This document shows, one piece after another, positions 46,628 to 56,447 of a stretch of DNA of 64,000 nucleotides. The notes beneath the pieces were generated by a model that worked only from the letters and a program-made list of their open reading frames with translations, did no database searches and was not told where the DNA came from. The first letter of the stretch is position 1, and each line of letters begins with the position of its first letter. The stretch covers positions 1,098,040 to 1,162,039 of the forward strand of contig BOKR01000001.1 in assembly GCA_016861085.1 (NCBI GenBank), given 5' to 3'. Source of the stretch: Patescibacteria group bacterium (lineage in GTDB: Bacteria; Patescibacteriota; Microgenomatia; UBA1400; PJMF01). The translations under genes were made by a program, and so were the position numbers.

Positions 46628-48457
46628 CTATATTCCCACCATATATTTCGCAGACCACGGTCTGTAATTAGAATAATATGTGTCGTTGTGGATAATATTT
46701 CCGTTTTTATCTTTTACCGTGTGGGTAAACTCAGTTTTAATTCCCCCAACCGCCCAATCAATTTGTTTTTTGACCCCAGTTGGTAGTTCAGTGGTTGGAT
46801 AATACTCTGTTGGCAGTGGCCCAGTAGCTCCCCATTTTTTATAGTCATGAATTTCCGCGACGCGCCCATCATCAGTTCCATAAATTTCTACATTCATATA
46901 CAGCTCATCTGAATCATTGTTGTATACCAAAATAATGTGATTTGGGGTGTCATTTATAAATCTAAAATCGATATCTCCAGAATAGACTGTCGCATCAAAG
47001 CCAGGGTCAGAATTGAGTTCATAATATGAAACTCGGTACGCATGTTGTAACCGTTTGGTTATATCTAGTCCAGCATCTAGAGCTGCTCTAAAAGTAGTAC
47101 TACTCACTTGGCAAACCCCACCACCATCACCAAGCACGGTTTTCCCACCAGAAATCACATACGCTGGTCTATATCCAGTAGCAGCAGAAACATCTCCTAA
47201 AATTTTATTAAATGAAAACTCTTTTCCAGGAGGCACAATTGTCATGTTCATTTTTTTAGCAGTAATTCCTACATTGTGTATGCGATTTGGAATTGAGTGA
47301 TAGTAGTAACTTTCTCCAAACCCAATACGTTCATTGATGCCTAGATCATTTGTTTGGGCAAGGGTGATTTCTGGCTGTGTACGGTTGAGTGGAACCTCAA
47401 GCATTTGGGGTGTATCAGTAAACTGAGTACCCGATGAGGTAATTCCTTTTATGCTTGTCTCAGTTTCTATGTTTTCAACCCAATCCATGATTTGTGTTAC
47501 ACTGGCATTTTGATCAAGCTCAAGCCCGTCTTTGTGTGGGGTAAATTCATCTACTCGTAATGTGTTTGAGTCATATTTAAAGACTGCATTTTGAGCAGGG
47601 CGATTCACCTCTTCAGAAATTTCAGCCACAAACTCTTTTATTACTTCATCAAAATAATTTCCCAGAGGATTCAAAAACGAAACAAAATCTTGGTCGGATA
47701 AATAGAATTTTTTGTCTTCAGCCGCTAGTGTGACCTTTTTTCCTACGAATATTCTTGCTCTTGCTATTGTTGCGTCAATTGCTTCTTGAGACAGTACGCT
47801 ACTGGTTGAAGCAATTTCAGCAGTGACTGCATGTTTATTTTCTTGAATCGCATCTAGAATTTTTTGTGAGGTTTGTTGTGAATTGAGTGTTCGGCCGGGT
47901 TTTCCTGGAAATACAATAATTGATTTTTCAGAACCACTGACTTTTTGTTCAACACTTGGGTTTTTTCCAACGAGTTCAACTTTTTGATTAAATTGTGCTA
48001 AAAATTCCGCAAGTTTCGTTTCGTCATATTTTTTGGGAGCAACATATTCGTTTTTTTGGATATATGCAGTGAGAGCAGAAAATGCAGTAATAATTGGATT
48101 ATTTTTATGCTGATCAGTGTAGACTTCATCTATAGCTTGAGTAAAATCAGTCGTATAGCCAAGCTGTGCAGAACTACTTGCTAAAGAAATATTATCAACG
48201 CTCAATACAAATTCATGCGAATCAAGTTCTTGCCTGTGGCTTTCCAGAACAGCGATACCTTCTGACAGCTCAAGCCCAGAAACGTCTATACTATTTATAT
48301 AGGTATTTGCAAATATTCTATTGCGATATGAATTTCCGAGCAAAAAGATCCCGGTAACCAAAAAACTGATCCCAGCAACTGAACACAAAAAGATGAATTG
48401 CTGAGTGGTTACTTGCGTTTTGATTTGTGTTATCATTTGTACAGAGTATTTTGTCAA
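46628..48457 (-). CDS. VanW-family protein with peptidoglycan-binding (YoaR-like) region
   Basis: NRIHNV, PGKEFSFN, GGGVCQVSST.FRAALDAGL, DATVY, DFRFINDT; N-terminal TM. Start codon uncertain. Confidence 0.88.
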   Translation of the reverse strand: MTKYSVQMITQIKTQVTTQQFIFLCSVAGISFLVTGIFLLGNSYRNRIFANTYINSIDVSGLELSEGIAVLESHRQELDSHEFVLSVDNISLASSSAQLGYTTDFTQAIDEVYTDQHKNNPIITAFSALTAYIQKNEYVAPKKYDETKLAEFLAQFNQKVELVGKNPSVEQKVSGSEKSIIVFPGKPGRTLNSQQTSQKILDAIQENKHAVTAEIASTSSVLSQEAIDATIARARIFVGKKVTLAAEDKKFYLSDQDFVSFLNPLGNYFDEVIKEFVAEISEEVNRPAQNAVFKYDSNTLRVDEFTPHKDGLELDQNASVTQIMDWVENIETETSIKGITSSGTQFTDTPQMLEVPLNRTQPEITLAQTNDLGINERIGFGESYYYHSIPNRIHNVGITAKKMNMTIVPPGKEFSFNKILGDVSAATGYRPAYVISGGKTVLGDGGGVCQVSSTTFRAALDAGLDITKRLQHAYRVSYYELNSDPGFDATVYSGDIDFRFINDTPNHIILVYNNDSDELYMNVEIYGTDDGRVAEIHDYKKWGATGPLPTEYYPTTELPTGVKKQIDWAVGGIKTEFTHTVKDKNGNIIHNDTYYSNYRPWSAKYMVGI

Positions 48458-48464
48458 AAAAACT

Positions 48465-50423
48465 ATGAATTCGCCACTGCCAAAGCCAACGCCACCAACA
48501 AATACTGATGATAAGCAGCAAACTGTGGTTTTTGACCAAAAAGTGCCGTTGCAACAAAAGGCGGCTACTCCAGGTGCACCCGCATCTCAATCTCCAACGC
48601 CAGCCCCAACTATGCCGTCTCCAACACCTCCTAAACCAGCAGTTGCACCATCAGCGGGAAATCAAACCGAACCAAAAGATATACCAACTACTCCTCCTCC
48701 TTCAACTTTAAAACCCACATTACCTCCAACTTCTTTGAGTGCACTCTCTTCAATGAGCAGTAACAAAATTCCTGATGGAAAAAGTGCCCCTGTAGTGCAA
48801 CCAGCAACGCCAATGCCTCAAAAAACAGTTTTGGGGCAACCGATTCCGCAAGCAATTCGTGGTGAAGCAACTCCTGTAGGTATGGGTAAGTCAGCCCCAG
48901 GAATGACACCACCTCGTGGAATAACACCTGCAGGAATTGCGGCAACTGGTGCTGCTGCTACCACAACTACAACAACGCAAACAGCAATCAAACAAGAATC
49001 ACCCAGTATTGGTGGTTCAAAAAACGCACCTGCCGGTAACGCTCCCAAGTTCGCCGAAACCAAAAGCCCAATTATGAGGTTTCTTCCCTTTATCGCTGGT
49101 GGAATTATTTTATTAGTAGTAATCGTTTTTGCTTTATCCAGATTTCTAGGGGGTTCATCTACTTCGGTTTCTGATAACCAAGGGACAACGCCGACGGCTC
49201 CAACAACAGGTGGATCCCAAAGAACAGAAGTTCCTGCCCAAAGGGTAACCTTAGAATATTGGGGATTATGGGAACCAACAGAGGTTATGGAGCAAGTGAT
49301 CACCTCATTTGAAAGCGAAAATCCAGGAATTGAAGTGAATTATGTTAAGCAATCTCCGATAGACTATCGAGAACGACTGCAAACTGCTATTCAAAGTGGC
49401 TCTGGTCCAGATTTATTCAGATTTCATGCTTCTTGGGGTCCAATGTTAAAAACGCAGCTAGATCCAATACCGGCAAGTGTTGCAACTGCAGCTGAATTTA
49501 GAGAAAATTACTATCCAATAGTTACAGAACAATTGGTAAATGCTGGCCAATATGTTGGTTTGCCACTGATGTACGATGGACTGGTACTATATTATAACGA
49601 AGATATTTTAGCTACTGCTGGGGAGACACCGCCAAAAACTTGGCCAGAACTGAGAAGAGTAGCAAAAAAAATAACAGTTCTTTCTGCAAATAAAATTCAA
49701 CGAGGTGGTCTAGCAATTGGAAATGCTACAAATGTAGAACATTTTTCTGATATTTTAGCTACACTTATTTTGCAGAACGATGGTAATCTATCAGAGGCAG
49801 ACTCAGTTGAAACTAGAGATGCATTGTTATTCTATACAAACTTTCAGTTAGAGGATAAAGTTTGGGATGAAACACTGCCAAGTTCTACGGTTGCATTTGC
49901 TCGAGGTGATGTAGCGATGATGTTTGCTCCTTCCTGGAGGGCTCATGAAATAAAAGCGTTAAATCCAAACTTAAAGTTTGCAACAGCCCCAATGCCGCAA
50001 CTTTCTGATGATACAAAAATTGCATGGGCGAGTTATTGGGCAGAAGGAATTTCATCTGCAAGTAAAAAGAAGACAGATGCCGCAAAGTTCTTGGCATATA
50101 TTAATAGAACTGATGTCCTTAAGAAATTTTTCTCAGATGCGAGTAAGGTTCGTGCGTTTGGTGAAATCTATCCTAAAGTTGATATGGCTGAAGAACTTTC
50201 TGAAGATAAAATTATCGGACCAATCTTGGAAGATGCTCCAATCGCAAAAAGTGGTTACCTGAACTCTTTCACACATGACAATGGTATTAATGATCAAATG
50301 ATTACGTATTACAAAGCAGCTATAGATGCATTACTCAAGAGCGGTGATATTGAAGAAATTCAAGAGACTTTGAGTGCTGGAGTTGCCCAAGTTTTAAAAC
50401 AATACAGTGTTAGTACAAAATAA
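48465..50423 (+). CDS. Sugar-type extracellular solute-binding protein with Pro-rich cytoplasmic N-terminus and TM anchor
   Basis: TLEYWG, FESENPGIEV, GPDLF, LYYNEDIL, PPKTWPEL, FARGDVAMMF; likely start ATG 48465. Confidence 0.85.
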   Translation: MNSPLPKPTPPTNTDDKQQTVVFDQKVPLQQKAATPGAPASQSPTPAPTMPSPTPPKPAVAPSAGNQTEPKDIPTTPPPSTLKPTLPPTSLSALSSMSSNKIPDGKSAPVVQPATPMPQKTVLGQPIPQAIRGEATPVGMGKSAPGMTPPRGITPAGIAATGAAATTTTTTQTAIKQESPSIGGSKNAPAGNAPKFAETKSPIMRFLPFIAGGIILLVVIVFALSRFLGGSSTSVSDNQGTTPTAPTTGGSQRTEVPAQRVTLEYWGLWEPTEVMEQVITSFESENPGIEVNYVKQSPIDYRERLQTAIQSGSGPDLFRFHASWGPMLKTQLDPIPASVATAAEFRENYYPIVTEQLVNAGQYVGLPLMYDGLVLYYNEDILATAGETPPKTWPELRRVAKKITVLSANKIQRGGLAIGNATNVEHFSDILATLILQNDGNLSEADSVETRDALLFYTNFQLEDKVWDETLPSSTVAFARGDVAMMFAPSWRAHEIKALNPNLKFATAPMPQLSDDTKIAWASYWAEGISSASKKKTDAAKFLAYINRTDVLKKFFSDASKVRAFGEIYPKVDMAEELSEDKIIGPILEDAPIAKSGYLNSFTHDNGINDQMITYYKAAIDALLKSGDIEEIQETLSAGVAQVLKQYSVSTK

Positions 50424-50436
50424 ATCTGCCCTATAA

Positions 50437-51342
50437 ATGGAGTGCATGCAATTATTTGTAGCCCGTAGGATTTTGTTGACGCTTGCGTATAGTGAGCAGT
50501 TTCAGTTTCCTTTAAAAGCGTCAGAACTATTTACCCGATTACTTACAAAAATTTCTGTAACTGTTGATGAGTTTGTAGCTGCACTTACTTTTTTAGTAGA
50601 TAAGCAGTTAATTTCATACGATTCAGGTTACTTTGTCATATCTGGTTTGAGTGGCAGTGATATAAAAAAATTAGTTGATACTCGAGTAGAAAGAGCTGAA
50701 TATGCGAGCAAAAAATGGAGTGAAGTTTTAGATTTTATTTCAGTTATCCGCAGTATCCCATTTATTACAGGAGTTGCAGTAACTGGCTCACTTGCGGTGC
50801 ACAATACGATAAAAGACGATGACATTGATTTTATGATAGTAACGCCAAAAAATAGATTGTGGCTTGCCCGACTGTTGGTCGTTTTGTATGCAAGCTTGAG
50901 AGGAAAGCGGCGATCATTTGCAAAAGAAGAAAAAAATAGTTGGTGTTTTAACTTATGGATTGAAGAAAGTGATTTGCAGTTACCAGTTGGTGCTCGATCA
51001 GTGTATGAAGCATATGAAGTCATTCAGGCAACCTGGGTATTAAGTAGAGGAGGAGTGGCAAACAGATTTAGACGACTCAATGACTGGACTAAAAAAATTG
51101 TTCCAAGAGCTAGAAAATTTTGTGATGTCATAGAACAAAAATCTACGACTGTTTTTGATCTTCCCGTTATTTCTCAGATGTTAGATGTTTGTAATCAGAC
51201 CGCTTACTATTTTCAATTTCAGTATATGAAATCACATATGACCAGAGAAAAAGTTAGTAAAAGTCACGCTTTTTTTCACCCTCGTGATACGAAATCAGAA
51301 GTATTTAAGAATTGGAAAAAAACGATACTAAGGCTACTATAG
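50437..51342 (+). CDS. Nucleotidyltransferase-fold protein
   Basis: VAVTGSLA...DDIDFMIV (GS...DxD signature). Confidence 0.75.
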   Translation: MECMQLFVARRILLTLAYSEQFQFPLKASELFTRLLTKISVTVDEFVAALTFLVDKQLISYDSGYFVISGLSGSDIKKLVDTRVERAEYASKKWSEVLDFISVIRSIPFITGVAVTGSLAVHNTIKDDDIDFMIVTPKNRLWLARLLVVLYASLRGKRRSFAKEEKNSWCFNLWIEESDLQLPVGARSVYEAYEVIQATWVLSRGGVANRFRRLNDWTKKIVPRARKFCDVIEQKSTTVFDLPVISQMLDVCNQTAYYFQFQYMKSHMTREKVSKSHAFFHPRDTKSEVFKNWKKTILRLL

Positions 51343-51347
51343 AGAAT

Positions 51348-51767
51348 ATGCAACAAGGCAAAAAAGTATTAGTAACAGGAGTTTTTGATGTTTTACATGA
51401 AGAACACCGTAATTTTTTAAAGAAGGCAAAAAGTTTGGGTGAGTATCTAGTTGTTGGAATTGAGTCTGACGTTCGAGTTCGACAAATAAAAGGTGAGGGT
51501 AGGCCGGTTAATACTGAGCAACTCAGAAAGAAAAATGTAGAGGCATTAGCTATCGCTGACGAGGTTTTTATTTTGCCAGAGCAGTTTAGTAAACCAGAAG
51601 ATCACAGTACACTAATTCAAAAAATTCGACCGGATTATTTAGCAGTTTCATCGCATACAAAGCACCTAGATAAAAAGCAAGCAATTTTAGAGCAGTTTGG
51701 AGGAGAGGTTGTTGTGGTGCATGAATACAATCCAAAAATTTCTACCACAAAGCTACTGCAAAAATGA
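51348..51767 (+). CDS. Cytidylyltransferase/adenylyltransferase family protein (RfaE-II/TagD/RibL-like)
   Basis: TGVFDVLHEEH, LVVGIESD, KGEGRP, ISTT. Confidence 0.85.
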   Translation: MQQGKKVLVTGVFDVLHEEHRNFLKKAKSLGEYLVVGIESDVRVRQIKGEGRPVNTEQLRKKNVEALAIADEVFILPEQFSKPEDHSTLIQKIRPDYLAVSSHTKHLDKKQAILEQFGGEVVVVHEYNPKISTTKLLQK

Positions 51768-51779
51768 TACGATTATCGT

Positions 51780-52100
51780 ATGCATAAAAAGATTTTATTT
51801 TCTCTGTTAGTTATTACTGTTTCAGCAGGACTTTTTTCTGCTTGCTCCCATGCAAAAAACGCGAATGACACAATGCTTAATGAAGAGTATGAACAAAAAA
51901 ATGCAGTTATCACTGTAACTGGAACACTTTCAAAAAATGGTGAATTGTTTTTCGTAACAGATGCCGCGGGAACCATTCATGATGTGGAAACATATGCTGT
52001 TGCTTTTGATGAGTATGTCGGTCAAACGGTTACTGTATCTGGTCAGTACAGTGGAAACACGCTGTTTGTAACCGAAATATCAAGTGGCTCCTCATATTAG
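51780..52100 (+). CDS. Small lipoprotein (OB-like)
   Basis: Lipobox LFSA-C; YVGQTVTVSG. Confidence 0.7.
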   Translation: MHKKILFSLLVITVSAGLFSACSHAKNANDTMLNEEYEQKNAVITVTGTLSKNGELFFVTDAAGTIHDVETYAVAFDEYVGQTVTVSGQYSGNTLFVTEISSGSSY

Positions 52101-52160
52101 TAGGTATTCCTACAGTTTTTGTCAGAGTTGTGTGGTTTAATTGGTTTGTAAGGAGAGTGT

Positions 52161-53570
52161 ATGGCAAAAGGTGATACTGTTTTTGTGTGTCAAAATTGTG
52201 GTTGGACAACCGCTAAGTGGGTTGGTCAGTGTTATGAGTGCCACACATGGAATGCAATGGTTGAGGAGCTGCCAATTGAAACTATAGCGAACAAAAAATC
52301 TGCCAAAGCTCAAAAAATAGAAGATTTTACCGTTACTTTTTCTCAAGTGGAGACGCTGAGTGCTTCAAAATCAAGACTTTCAACAAATATCGATGAGTTC
52401 GACAGGGTTTTAGGTGGTGAAGATTCAAACTTTGGAATGGTTTTGGGAAGCGTGATGTTAATTGGTGGTGAACCCGGTATTGGAAAGTCAACCCTGCTGA
52501 CACAAATGGTAGTTGGTATGTTACAGCCAAGCAAGACCGGTAGTAGTAAATCTGAACACAAATTTATGTACGTCTGTGGAGAGGAAAATCCTGCTCAGGT
52601 GGCGCTTAGAATTGAAAGAATTGCCAAACAATTCCATGAGAATGTCACTACTGTCAAAGATAACTTAATATTTGTGACAACTGCAGATGTAGATGCTATC
52701 ACAGCTGCAATGCAAAAATTGAAACCCAGGTGTGTAGTTGTAGATAGTATTCAAACGGTTACAACAACTGACCTGAGTGGGGCGGCTGGGAGTGTGGGGC
52801 AAGTTCGTGAGTGTGCAGAGCGATTAACTACAACTGCTAAAGCATTACATATTCCATTGTTTTTAGTTGGGCATGTGACCAAAGAAGGAGTGATTTCTGG
52901 GCCAAAAGTACTAGAACATATTGTTGACTCAGTTCTTGAACTAAGTGGCGATAGAACAGGAGATTTAAGGATATTGCGGGCGATAAAAAATCGGTTTGGA
53001 GCTACGGATGAAGTTGGGGTTTTTCGAATGAGAGAATATGGCTTTGAATCAGTGTCAAATCCTTCTGAATTGTTTTTAGAATATGCAGATACTCAAGTAC
53101 CAGGCAGCATCACAGCATGTGTGATGGAAGGGACTCGGCCGTTGCTGGTTGAAATTCAAGCCTTAGTGGTTGAATCTCAGCTGGCAATGCCGCGAAGAGT
53201 AGGTCGAGGAATAAATTTACCCAGAATTCAAGTTCTTTCAGCAGTCCTGCAAAAGCACTGCTATTTACCGCTTGGATCAACAGATATCTTTGCATCGGTA
53301 GCAGGTGGGTTTGAAGTCAAAGAACCAAGCATAGACTTGGGGTTGGCGGTAGCGATGGCCAGTTCTTTAAATAATAAGCCAATAAAAGAGAAAACTGTTT
53401 TTATCGGTGAGATAGGCCTTTTAGGTGAAATCAGATCAGTCAATTTACTCGACAGAAGAATTAAAGAAGCAAAACGCTTAGGTTTTACGAATATAATCAG
53501 CAAAAAGACTCACAAATCAGTAAGACAAGTGCTTTCAGACTTACAGTTACTTAAATCAAAGACTACTTAG
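52161..53570 (+). CDS. radA: DNA repair protein RadA/Sms
   Basis: CQNCG..KWVGQCYEC zinc finger, GGEPGIGKSTL, KNRFG, Lon-like C-terminus. Confidence 0.97.
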   Translation: MAKGDTVFVCQNCGWTTAKWVGQCYECHTWNAMVEELPIETIANKKSAKAQKIEDFTVTFSQVETLSASKSRLSTNIDEFDRVLGGEDSNFGMVLGSVMLIGGEPGIGKSTLLTQMVVGMLQPSKTGSSKSEHKFMYVCGEENPAQVALRIERIAKQFHENVTTVKDNLIFVTTADVDAITAAMQKLKPRCVVVDSIQTVTTTDLSGAAGSVGQVRECAERLTTTAKALHIPLFLVGHVTKEGVISGPKVLEHIVDSVLELSGDRTGDLRILRAIKNRFGATDEVGVFRMREYGFESVSNPSELFLEYADTQVPGSITACVMEGTRPLLVEIQALVVESQLAMPRRVGRGINLPRIQVLSAVLQKHCYLPLGSTDIFASVAGGFEVKEPSIDLGLAVAMASSLNNKPIKEKTVFIGEIGLLGEIRSVNLLDRRIKEAKRLGFTNIISKKTHKSVRQVLSDLQLLKSKTT

Positions 53571-55707
53571 CATATCGCTCTCGACTGACTTGCACGACCT
53601 TATCTTTACCAAGATTGCTTGACGTAGCAAGCGGTAGCGTCAGGGCAGGGAACGGTTTGGAGACAATATTATCTATAGAGAGTTTGTTAATGATTTGGTA
53701 TCTACTCAACGAAACAAGGTCTTCTTGAGAATATCTGCTGCCAAACTCTTTTGTAAAAACTGAAGCGTCATCTGCTCCCATCACAAAACTGACCATGCTT
53801 CCACAGTTACCAAAGATAGCTTTCTGCACTTCCTCTGGAATTTGTGCAATATATTGGTTTGCAAGGATAAGGTCTAGGCGATATTTTCTAGCTTCTGACA
53901 AGATTTTAGTGAATGAGTCGGTGGCAAAATTCTGAAACTCGTCGACATACAGATAAAAATCTTTGCGTTCTTCCTCTGGGAGATTGACTCTTCCCATAGC
54001 TGCTAGTTGGATTTTTGTAATTAACATTGAACCAAGCAGAGTAGCATTATCTTCTCCCAACTTACCTTGGGATAGGTTAACCAACAGAATTTTGCCCTCA
54101 CTCATTGCGTCTTCAATACTAAATGAGCTTTTACGGGCGTTAACGATGTTTCTGACCAGAGGAGAAGAAACAAACTGACCAACTTTATTCAAGATAGAAG
54201 CAATAGATTCTGTCCTTTGCTTTGGCAGCATTTTATCGTATTCATCGACCCAAAATGATTTTAAAATCGGGTCATCAAGTTTCTCAACAATGCCATCTCT
54301 AAATTTCTGATTAACGAGCAGATCGAGTACATCAGAAAGCCGAGCTTGATCAGTTTTAAGTAAAGTGAGTAAGGAATTCCGTAAAATATACTCAAGTCTA
54401 GGTCCCCAAGAGTAGGCATAGAGTTTTTTGAAGACTGAAACAATACCAGAGGCAATTAGTTCTCTATGAACGACATTTTCACCTTCAAACAGGTTTAGTT
54501 TGACAGTTCGTTCAGTATCACTTGGGTCAAAGTAAATAACATCATTGATCCTACGTTTTGGAATGTAGTTTAAAAGGGTTTCAACTAGGTCACCATGAGG
54601 ATCGATGACACACATACCTTCATCATTCTTGAGGTCGTTTATAGCCATGTTAGCCAGCAGAGTGGATTTACCTGTACCAGTTTTTCCAATGACATACATA
54701 TGGCGCCTGCGATCGGAGCGTTTGAGTCCATAGATTACTTCTTTATTCTTAAACTCAGTCTTTGCAAAGACATTGATATCTCGTTTTACCTCTGGATCCA
54801 TGTCCTTGGTAACCACAGGCAGGTCTTCAGGGGGTTCTCCAAGCAGATTCTTTCCCCAAGCAATATTAGGAATCGTTGAGAGTTTTTCACTTGGCATGTG
54901 CATGAGGGTAGCCATTTCTTCAAGAGATAAGTGAAAACTGACCACAGCTTTATAGTCTCGAGCTTTCATGTGTTTTAGGAACCTACCTTTGAAGAGATAG
55001 GTTTTTTTGAGTCGAAGTGAATTACCCTGGTGGTCATTGAGTGTTTCATAGGCGCTAGCAAGATTTTCAAGTAGGTTTTTACTTCTTTGCTTATCGGTTG
55101 AGCCTAGTGCCATACGAATAGAAACTCTCAGTGCAAGGTCTTTTTCTTTTGTGGACGGTTTTTCAGTAGATTCTGTCGTGGTAGAGCTCACAACAGAAGA
55201 AAGAATGCTTTTAGGTGATTTACTGACAATGTATTGCAATACGACCTTATCGTGTTCTTCAAGTTTAGAAAGAGTAGATAAAATGGGGGCGAGGGTATCT
55301 ACTTCGTGGAATGCTTTGTAGGTTTTAATTGAAAGATGCTCCGCATTTCGTAGTGCTAAGCTGCCCATTTCAAAAAAATATTCTTCGTTGGTGTCATGGG
55401 TTGGTTTTGGGTTGATGTAGTAATCCAAAGAATCATGTTGAATTTCTTTTATAACAATCTCGGGATAACTAGAAACTAATATGCTTTTAATATAAGTAAT
55501 CAATCGAACTGGTACATATGCTTGAAAAAATATGGTTTGATTTTCAACTATTATCTCAAAAGAGATTGATTCGTTTTTACCCAGGATTCTCCAGAACCAC
55601 ATGTTTTTGAGGCTGGGGAGTGAAGAAAAGAGTTGAACTGCCGATTCTGGGGTGTGTTGTGAGTCTCTGCTGGTGCGTAACTCGAGGATAGTGTGTGGTG
55701 CTGACAT
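53563..55707 (-). CDS. VirD4/TraG-like type IV coupling ATPase
   Basis: DRRRHMYVIGKTGTGKS, IDPHGDL, WGPRLE, LYVDEFQNF, LSEARKY, ANQY; likely start ATG 55707. Confidence 0.85.
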   Translation of the reverse strand: MSAPHTILELRTSRDSQHTPESAVQLFSSLPSLKNMWFWRILGKNESISFEIIVENQTIFFQAYVPVRLITYIKSILVSSYPEIVIKEIQHDSLDYYINPKPTHDTNEEYFFEMGSLALRNAEHLSIKTYKAFHEVDTLAPILSTLSKLEEHDKVVLQYIVSKSPKSILSSVVSSTTTESTEKPSTKEKDLALRVSIRMALGSTDKQRSKNLLENLASAYETLNDHQGNSLRLKKTYLFKGRFLKHMKARDYKAVVSFHLSLEEMATLMHMPSEKLSTIPNIAWGKNLLGEPPEDLPVVTKDMDPEVKRDINVFAKTEFKNKEVIYGLKRSDRRRHMYVIGKTGTGKSTLLANMAINDLKNDEGMCVIDPHGDLVETLLNYIPKRRINDVIYFDPSDTERTVKLNLFEGENVVHRELIASGIVSVFKKLYAYSWGPRLEYILRNSLLTLLKTDQARLSDVLDLLVNQKFRDGIVEKLDDPILKSFWVDEYDKMLPKQRTESIASILNKVGQFVSSPLVRNIVNARKSSFSIEDAMSEGKILLVNLSQGKLGEDNATLLGSMLITKIQLAAMGRVNLPEEERKDFYLYVDEFQNFATDSFTKILSEARKYRLDLILANQYIAQIPEEVQKAIFGNCGSMVSFVMGADDASVFTKEFGSRYSQEDLVSLSRYQIINKLSIDNIVSKPFPALTLPLATSSNLGKDKVVQVSRERYAK

Positions 55708-55915
55708 ATGCAAAACAAGTATAGCATTTCTAGAGAAAAGGGTCATCTAGTGTCCCTGGCATAGCAGGGAAGAACTAAACACCAGGATAAGACATGTTTT
55801 TTCACAATATAGTGGTGCGTTTAATTGATGTTGATAACTTGTTTAGACTCATCTATAAATTGAACACAATTATAATTATAAGATCTGATTAATATGACAA
55901 GATATAAATTATAGG

Positions 55916-55944
55916 TTGACTAAATGAGTGAAATTAGTTATACT
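55916..55944 (+). promoter_or_regulatory. sigma70 promoter ~500 nt upstream of rho
   Basis: TTGACT-17 nt-TATACT. Confidence 0.7.
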
Positions 55945-56447
55945 CCTGGTAATCATCAAAATTCCTGCTTTTTAGGTGCAACGGGACAGAAGGACAGGCT
56001 CAAAGAGCCTTAAAAGCAAAAGAGTAACTGGTGAAAGCAATTTAAAACACAAATACGCAGCATAATTACACCAGCGCCATTTTCTAGAGAAAATAGTGGG
56101 TGTAAAAATTAAAAAAGCATTATTATCGCTGGACAGACCACGAGTAACAATGCTTTTTTATCTTGCACGGAAAGCTAGTAAAAACTTTTTTAAAACACCG
56201 TGTGCAAGAGAGAATATCAAGTAGGGTTTACTTTGTAAATTCTATCTTTGTGGTTTAAATGATATAAAAATATATCAATCAAGGGTGGTTGTGTGGAGGT
56301 TCGGTAGTTGGGCAGGCAACCGAGCTTCCACTCAGCCACAGGTTTGACTTTTCAATAATCATCTGAAATAATCAAAGCTATTGTTCTGAATATATTTTCA
56401 TTTCGCACTCGTAAGGTGATTTTGACTAAAAGATTACATTTTTCATT

